NCBI GenBank assembly: GCA_035516795.1 | Contig: DATIZX010000076.1 | Span: 1,145 to 65,144, forward strand | Direction of reading: 5' to 3' | Length of the DNA stretch: 64,000 nt | Origin: Verrucomicrobiia bacterium | GTDB taxonomy: Bacteria; Verrucomicrobiota; Verrucomicrobiia; Palsa-1439 | Shown: one piece after another, positions 59,074 to 64,000 of the stretch | How positions within the stretch are numbered: the stretch's first letter is position 1 | Layout of the letters: every line of letters begins with the position of its first letter | The notes under the pieces: model-generated | The model's database searches: none | The model's input: only the letters and a program-made list of their open reading frames with translations | Told to the model about the DNA's origin: nothing | Program-made: the position numbers and the translations under genes

Positions 59074-60085
59074 TCATTTCATCGTCAGCACGACACGAAA
59101 TCGCGCCTTACCACTCAGCATACGGTCATAGGCTTCGTTCACGCGGTCCAGCGGAAAAACTTCATTCATCGAGCGCACGCCGGCGTGGGCGCTGAAAGAC
59201 AGGGTGTCTTGCGAGTCAATGGATGTACCGGAATACCAGCCTTTCACCGAGCGTTGCCCGACAATCAACACCAACGGCGAGATTTGCAGAGCCTCGGCTG
59301 CGCCGACGACAATCAACGTGCCCTTCACAGCCAGTCCGCCCTGAACCACCCTCATGGCCGCGCCAGCGGCGACTGTCGAAATGATGACGCTCGCACCACC
59401 GAGCTTCTGCAACTCTGCGGCGAGATCCTGCGACTGGCTGTCGATGTAGACCGCTGCACCCAACTGCCGGGCGAGCGGTTCTTTGTCCTTGCCACGAGCG
59501 ATGGCGACAACGTTGAAGCCCATCTTCGCGGCGTACTGCACCCCCAGATATCCCAACCCACCAATTCCAAGCATCGCGACAATGTCGCCCGCGCGCCCCT
59601 GAGTTTCGCAAGGCATTGAACGTCGTTACCCCGGCGCACAGCAGCGGCGCAGCGTCCACGGGAGGCAATTCATTTGGAAACCTCGCCACGGCGCTCACGG
59701 GGGCGATCATGTACTCACCGTAACCCCCGTCGAAGCTGATGCCCGTGACTTGCTGAGTCTCGCACGCAAACTGATCCCCGCGCCGGCACGGGTCGCACCG
59801 ACCGCAGTAACCGCCGTGCCAACCGACACCCACGCCTTGGCCCGGCGTCCATCCAATCACGTCCGCGCCGATGGCATCGATGGTGCCGGCCACTTCATGC
59901 CCCGGAACGCGCGGGTATTGAATCCCGGGCCAATGGCCCTCCTTCACCAGCGAATCGCTGTGACAAATGCCGCAAGCCGCCATCTTGATCCGGACAACTC
60001 CCGGCGACGGCTGGGGTATTGGTTTTTCGACAATCTCAAACTGTCGTTTCGGCGCTGAAATTTGTGCCACACGCATTGTAGTCAT
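59074..60085 (-). pseudogene. Zn-dependent alcohol dehydrogenase, disrupted by a 1-nt frameshift near 59590-59610
   Basis: Two overlapping ORFs in different frames (59216..60085 and 59074..59616). Together they read GICHSD...GHEVAG...CGRCDPCRRG...LLCAGVTTFNALRNSGA / RAGDIVAMLGIGGLGYLGVQYA. The frame switches inside a ggggcgcgcggg run. Confidence 0.6.
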
Positions 60086-60510
60086 AATTGTTCTGCCTTC
60101 TTTGATTTTCCGTTGATTCCACGCGTGTTGTCTTCGACCCTAATTGAGGTCGCGTTTATTCACCTCACTTCACGTTTGCCATCACGCCAGCTTCGCAAGT
60201 TCGTCCAGACGCGAGCGCATGCCAAGTGGATAACCTGCTAAAGGAAGGACAGGAAGATTTCCTGCCGCGCGCCGATGCTGGTCCAAATGGTCGTGAAGTG
60301 CTCTCCGAAGCGCATGCCAGCGCGCGGGCCCGGGGTTACCCGCGTCACCATGCGCGCCAAACTCATCCACTTCAGTTTGCATCTTGGTCAGGACCAAGAC
60401 TCCAAGGCGTGAGGGGCTGTTTCGTCCAAGTCAGTTCCACGACATGGTTTGGATCCGCCGCATGAATGTTTTGACCCTTCGACATCCCCATTGCATTTGC
60501 AGAAGCACGC

Positions 60511-63471
60511 ATGCTAGCGTACGAGTTGTCTCGATTTATGGATTCGTTTGGGTCACTAGGGCATCTAGGCCAATGCAGGTTGGCGCTCTTGCTATGCATC
60601 GGAATTCTCTTCAATGTTGCCGAGCGAGTGCTGGGGGTCCAAATCCTGCACGGTCATGTGCCGGCGGCAGTGGCGCATTTGCAGCCAATCAGGCGCCTGT
60701 CAGCCACCACGAATTTGGATCTGGCGATCGGGTTGCCGCTGCGCAACAAAGAAGGACTTAGCGAGTTGCTCGAACAGATTTATACCCCGTCCAGTCCCCA
60801 TTACCGTCACTACCTGACTCCGGAACAGTTTACCGAAAGGTTTGGTCCGACAGAGCAGGATTACCAGGCTCTCATTGATTTCGTGAAGACGAACGGCTTG
60901 ATTGTCACCGGCACGCATCCCAATCGGGTCCTGCTGGACGTGAGAGGCTCGGTGGCCAACCTTGAAAAGGTTCTCCATGTGAAGATGCGCGTTTACCAAC
61001 ACCCGACGGAGGCCCGCACGTTCTATGCGCCCGATATCGAGCCGTCGCTTGACCTGGCGATACCGGTGCTGAGTATCAGCGGTCTGAATAACTACAATGT
61101 GCCGCATCCGAAGCGTCTCATTCGGAGACCCAGCACTAGGATGCCGAACGCCACGCCGAACACCGGCTCGGGGCCAAGCGGTGCTTATATGGGGTACGAT
61201 TTCAGAGACGCGTACGTCCCGGGCGTCACTCTCACCGGTGCCGGGCAAGTAGTCGGACTGGTGGAGTTTGATGGCTACTACTCCAGTGACATTACGGCAT
61301 ACGAGAATCAGACCGGGTTGCCGGGAGTCCCCTTGGCGAATGTGCTGCTGGATGGGTTCAAAGGGACCCCGACCACCGGCGCCAACAGCGGAAACACCGA
61401 GGTGGCTCTGGACATTGAGATGGCGATTTCCATGGCGCCGGGCTTGTCCAAGGTGATCGTCTATGAAGCCGGTCCGAATGGCATTGCGAACGACATTCTG
61501 AGCCGGATGGTCTCGGACAATCAGGCCAAACAAATCAGTTGTTCTTGGGCTTTTGGCGTGGCTGGTCCCGATCCGACAGCCGATCAACTCTTTCAAGAAA
61601 TGGCGGCACAGGGACAGTCTTTCTTCGACGCTTCGGGGGACAGCGATGCCTTTGTCGGTTCGACAGCCGGAGAATTTCCTTCGGATGATCCGTACATTAC
61701 GCAGGTCGGTGGAACCACGTTGACAACCACCGGTCCAGGCGGCTCCTATGTTTCGGAAACCGTCTGGAATTGGGGTTTTGTCCGCCACAGCGGTTATGTT
61801 GGCAGCAGCGGCGGAATCAGCACCGTTTATTCCATTCCCAGTTGGCAACAAGGCATCAGCACGTCCGCCAACCAGGGATCGGCTACCATGCGGAACATTC
61901 CGGATGTTGCGATGGTCGGAGATAATGTTTCGATCATCGCCAACAATGGCCAACAAGCAACGTACGGCGGCACCAGTTTGGCGGCTCCCTTATGGGCAGG
62001 CTTCACTGCGTTGGTCAATCAGGACGCCTTGGCGAATGGCCAGCCAGTGGTGGGGTTTGTCAACCCATCCCTTTACGTGGTCGGCAAGGGGGCGGACTAC
62101 CTGTCCGATTTCCATGATATCACCACCGGCAATAACGAATGGCCTTCCAGTCCGACCCAGTTCTCCGCGGTGGCCGGTTACGATCTCTGTACCGGCTGGG
62201 GCACCCCGACCGGCGGCAACCTGATCGATGCTCTCGCCGGCGTTACGAATCCTCCACCCACCGGCGCGCTGCAGGTGAGCATCAGCCCCGCAGCCGCCGT
62301 CAACGCCGGGGCGCAATGGCAGGTTGATGGCGGCGCCTGGCAGAACAGCGGTGCAATGGTTGCCGGGCTGGCCCTTGGTGGCCACACGGTTCACTTCAAT
62401 GCGATCGCCGGCTGGACGTCCCCAGCGGACCAGAACGTAACCATCGACTCCGGCACAACCACGATGACGGTGGGGACCTACACAGTCACGGACACCACTC
62501 CACCCGCGCTCGTTGTAGTGAGCCCAACGGATTACCAGATCTTCACCAACGCCAGCGTGAATGTGGCGGGCACAGCCAGCGATGCCAGCGGGATCGAGAG
62601 CGTGACCGTGAATGGCATCGGCGCATCCCTTGTCGGCACCAACTGGTCGCAGACCGTCAACCTGTCCCTGGGTACCAACAGCATCATGGTGATTGCCACG
62701 GACAACAGTCCGAACCTGAATGCGGTCACGCAAATGGTGCACGCAGTTTATTCGACAGTGCTGATCACCTCGAATCCCACCGTCACCAATGCACTGCTTC
62801 AGGTCGGCGATGTGGTGGCGGTCGTCGCCGGCGAGACCAACGCTTTTACGGTAAACGCGGTTGATTCGGAAGTAGGCACCCTGAGCTATCAATGGTTGTT
62901 CGGGGACGGGACCAGCAATGATTGGTCGTCTTCGAGCACGACACTCCATGCTTATCCCACCAACTGCGGCCCGTATTTGGCGAGCGTGGCTGTTTCGGAC
63001 GGACAGACGACAATGACGAGCAACTTGAACGTGGCTGTCGCTTGCCAGTTGGCCATCACCAGACTCAGGATGAGATTGGACTTTGCCAAACCGAATGCGG
63101 ACAGAGTCAGACTCAGGGGCATTCTTGACCTCGGCACGAACTACGATGTAACGGCCAAGCTGGTTACGCTGGACGTCGGCGGTGCACAGATGGGGTTCAT
63201 TCTCAATGCCAAGGGGCGTAGCGCGAATCCCTTGGGAACCTGCCGGCTGGTCTACCACAAGAGGACGCAACTGTGGACGTTGCACGCGAGACTCAAGAAA
63301 GGCTCATGGCAAACAGCGTGGGCGGCATTTGGTTTGACAAAAGCCCACGTCCGCGAACCGGGCATTCAGGTCACGCTGCCGGTCATTGTTGTCATCGACA
63401 ACGAGGCTTTCGCCGATGAGCGCACCATGACCTATACAGCCACTTTGAACAAGTACGGTTGGGCAAAGTGA
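60511..63471 (+). CDS. S53-family (sedolisin/kumamolisin-like) serine peptidase with pro-domain, Ig-like and PKD domains
   Basis: Pro-kumamolisin-like activation domain (HYRHYLTPEQFTERFGPTEQDYQAL), a catalytic GGTSLAAPLWAG block, and a C-terminal PKD motif WLFGDGTSNDWSSSSTTLHAYP...YLASVAVSDG. Confidence 0.8.
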   Translation: MLAYELSRFMDSFGSLGHLGQCRLALLLCIGILFNVAERVLGVQILHGHVPAAVAHLQPIRRLSATTNLDLAIGLPLRNKEGLSELLEQIYTPSSPHYRHYLTPEQFTERFGPTEQDYQALIDFVKTNGLIVTGTHPNRVLLDVRGSVANLEKVLHVKMRVYQHPTEARTFYAPDIEPSLDLAIPVLSISGLNNYNVPHPKRLIRRPSTRMPNATPNTGSGPSGAYMGYDFRDAYVPGVTLTGAGQVVGLVEFDGYYSSDITAYENQTGLPGVPLANVLLDGFKGTPTTGANSGNTEVALDIEMAISMAPGLSKVIVYEAGPNGIANDILSRMVSDNQAKQISCSWAFGVAGPDPTADQLFQEMAAQGQSFFDASGDSDAFVGSTAGEFPSDDPYITQVGGTTLTTTGPGGSYVSETVWNWGFVRHSGYVGSSGGISTVYSIPSWQQGISTSANQGSATMRNIPDVAMVGDNVSIIANNGQQATYGGTSLAAPLWAGFTALVNQDALANGQPVVGFVNPSLYVVGKGADYLSDFHDITTGNNEWPSSPTQFSAVAGYDLCTGWGTPTGGNLIDALAGVTNPPPTGALQVSISPAAAVNAGAQWQVDGGAWQNSGAMVAGLALGGHTVHFNAIAGWTSPADQNVTIDSGTTTMTVGTYTVTDTTPPALVVVSPTDYQIFTNASVNVAGTASDASGIESVTVNGIGASLVGTNWSQTVNLSLGTNSIMVIATDNSPNLNAVTQMVHAVYSTVLITSNPTVTNALLQVGDVVAVVAGETNAFTVNAVDSEVGTLSYQWLFGDGTSNDWSSSSTTLHAYPTNCGPYLASVAVSDGQTTMTSNLNVAVACQLAITRLRMRLDFAKPNADRVRLRGILDLGTNYDVTAKLVTLDVGGAQMGFILNAKGRSANPLGTCRLVYHKRTQLWTLHARLKKGSWQTAWAAFGLTKAHVREPGIQVTLPVIVVIDNEAFADERTMTYTATLNKYGWAK

Positions 63472-63596
63472 AGCTCTCTCCCAAACCTGCCGCGGGATAC
63501 ATCAGGCAACCTTGAGCCAAACAACACCGGCTTCGAATCGCTGACGTCAAAGTTGCCTTCGTCAAGCCCGGGCCTCTTTCCGAATAGTAGTGGTGG

Positions 63597-63625
63597 TTGA
63601 CAGGATGAGCGCGATATATTAAGCA
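63597..63625 (+). promoter_or_regulatory. Candidate sigma70-like promoter for the TetR gene (TTGACA-N17-TAAGCA)
   Basis: TTGACA at 63597-63602. The -10 element is weak. Located about 30 bp upstream of the ATG. Confidence 0.2.
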
Positions 63626-63651
63626 GACGTTTCAAATTGGCGTTTAACTTT

Positions 63652-64000
63652 ATGAAACAGGGCGAGCGAAGTCTACAAATGCGTCGCAGATTGCTGGAAG
63701 CCGCCGGTGAGGTGTTCGCGGATAAGGGGTTCGCCAAAGCAACGGTGCGCGCGATCTGCGACCGCGCCGGGGCAAACGTCGCGGCCATCAACTACTACTT
63801 TCAAGACAAGGAAGGGTTGTATCGGGAGGCGATCAAGTATTGGTCCGAGATCAGTCGCGAGAAATATCCAGCGGACTTCGGCTTGGGTGCGAATCCAACA
63901 GCAGAACAGCGATTGGGAGCGTTTGTCCAATCCTTCTTGTTTCGGATTCTCGACGCGAGCCGTCCGGGGTGGCATGGGAAATTGCTGACCCGGGAGATGG
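63652..64000 (+). CDS. TetR-family transcriptional regulator (5' part, runs off window)
   Basis: My translation reads MKQGERSLQMRRRLLEAAGEVFADKGFAKATVRAICDRAGANVAAINYYFQDKEGLY, the TetR_N HTH signature. Confidence 0.75.
   Translation, partial: MKQGERSLQMRRRLLEAAGEVFADKGFAKATVRAICDRAGANVAAINYYFQDKEGLYREAIKYWSEISREKYPADFGLGANPTAEQRLGAFVQSFLFRILDASRPGWHGKLLTREM

Noticed and set aside
60086-60510. Small ORFs (60182..60397 -, 60226..60465 +, 60372..60614 -) between the ADH pseudogene and the protease
   Set aside because: Short, no motifs, mutually overlapping. More likely a promoter or intergenic region.
60700-63285. Two long minus-strand ORFs (60700..61956 and 61990..63285) inside the S53 protease gene
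   Set aside because: Antisense shadow ORFs with Gly/Arg/Asp-rich low-complexity translation. The plus-strand protease has coherent domain architecture.
1-64000. CRISPR arrays, tRNA/rRNA genes, transposases or integrases
   Set aside because: No direct-repeat/spacer periodicity, no tRNA-like cloverleaf candidates, and no transposase or integrase-like ORFs were noticed. The duplications seen are gene paralogs rather than IS elements.

Overview
This 64 kb GC-rich window (about 58-60% GC, no rRNA, tRNA or CRISPR) is dominated by one very large glycan (EPS / O-polysaccharide-like) biosynthesis locus. At least 44 genes run co-directionally on the minus strand from about 49674 down to the window start, with almost no intergenic space and many ATGA stop/start overlaps.

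In transcriptional order the locus contains:
- wza-like and wzc-like (BY-kinase) export genes, then an embedded NusG/RfaH-like paralog.
- An ABC-exporter pair Wzm/Wzt (#2), a Cys-less AsnB-like protein, a degenerate QueC-like PP-loop protein and a pyruvyl transferase.
- A CDP-hexose branched/deoxy-sugar module: two RfbF paralogs, a sugar C-methyltransferase, an NAD-dependent epimerase/dehydratase, an RmlC-like cupin, a PIG-L deacetylase, an M28-like DUF protein and an SDR.
- Tandem DxD GT-A paralogs, then a second Wzm/Wzt (#1) cassette (with a hexapeptide acetyltransferase and a DUF gene) flanked by duplicated HlpA-like GT-A genes.
- A CE4 deacetylase, two GT2s, a PIG-L deacetylase, a run of GT4s with an FkbM methyltransferase and a CgeB-like GT, and an O-antigen ligase/polymerase-like membrane protein.
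- A decoration block (methyltransferase, AsnB amidotransferase, NodU/CmcH carbamoyltransferase, methyltransferase), a GT2, a WcaI-like GT4, gmd, fcl and a WecA/WbpL-type initiating transferase that is cut by the window edge.

Upstream of the locus is a lower-GC leader containing a 12-bp palindrome, plus a possible SGNH-hydrolase remnant.

The right-hand third of the window, on the plus strand, carries two tandem paralogous secreted proteins. Each has an inosine-uridine nucleoside-hydrolase (IUNH)-like N-terminal domain, with the D-x-D-x-x-DD calcium motif retained, fused to a CBM6-like carbohydrate-binding module. I rate this the most unusual element in the window.

The remaining genes are a convergent ribose-type sugar ABC transporter (RbsB/A/C-like), a frameshifted Zn-dependent alcohol dehydrogenase, a 986-aa S53 (sedolisin/kumamolisin-like) protease with Ig-like and PKD domains, and the 5' end of a TetR-family regulator.

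All calls rest on reading the translated ORFs for family motifs. No database searches were run.
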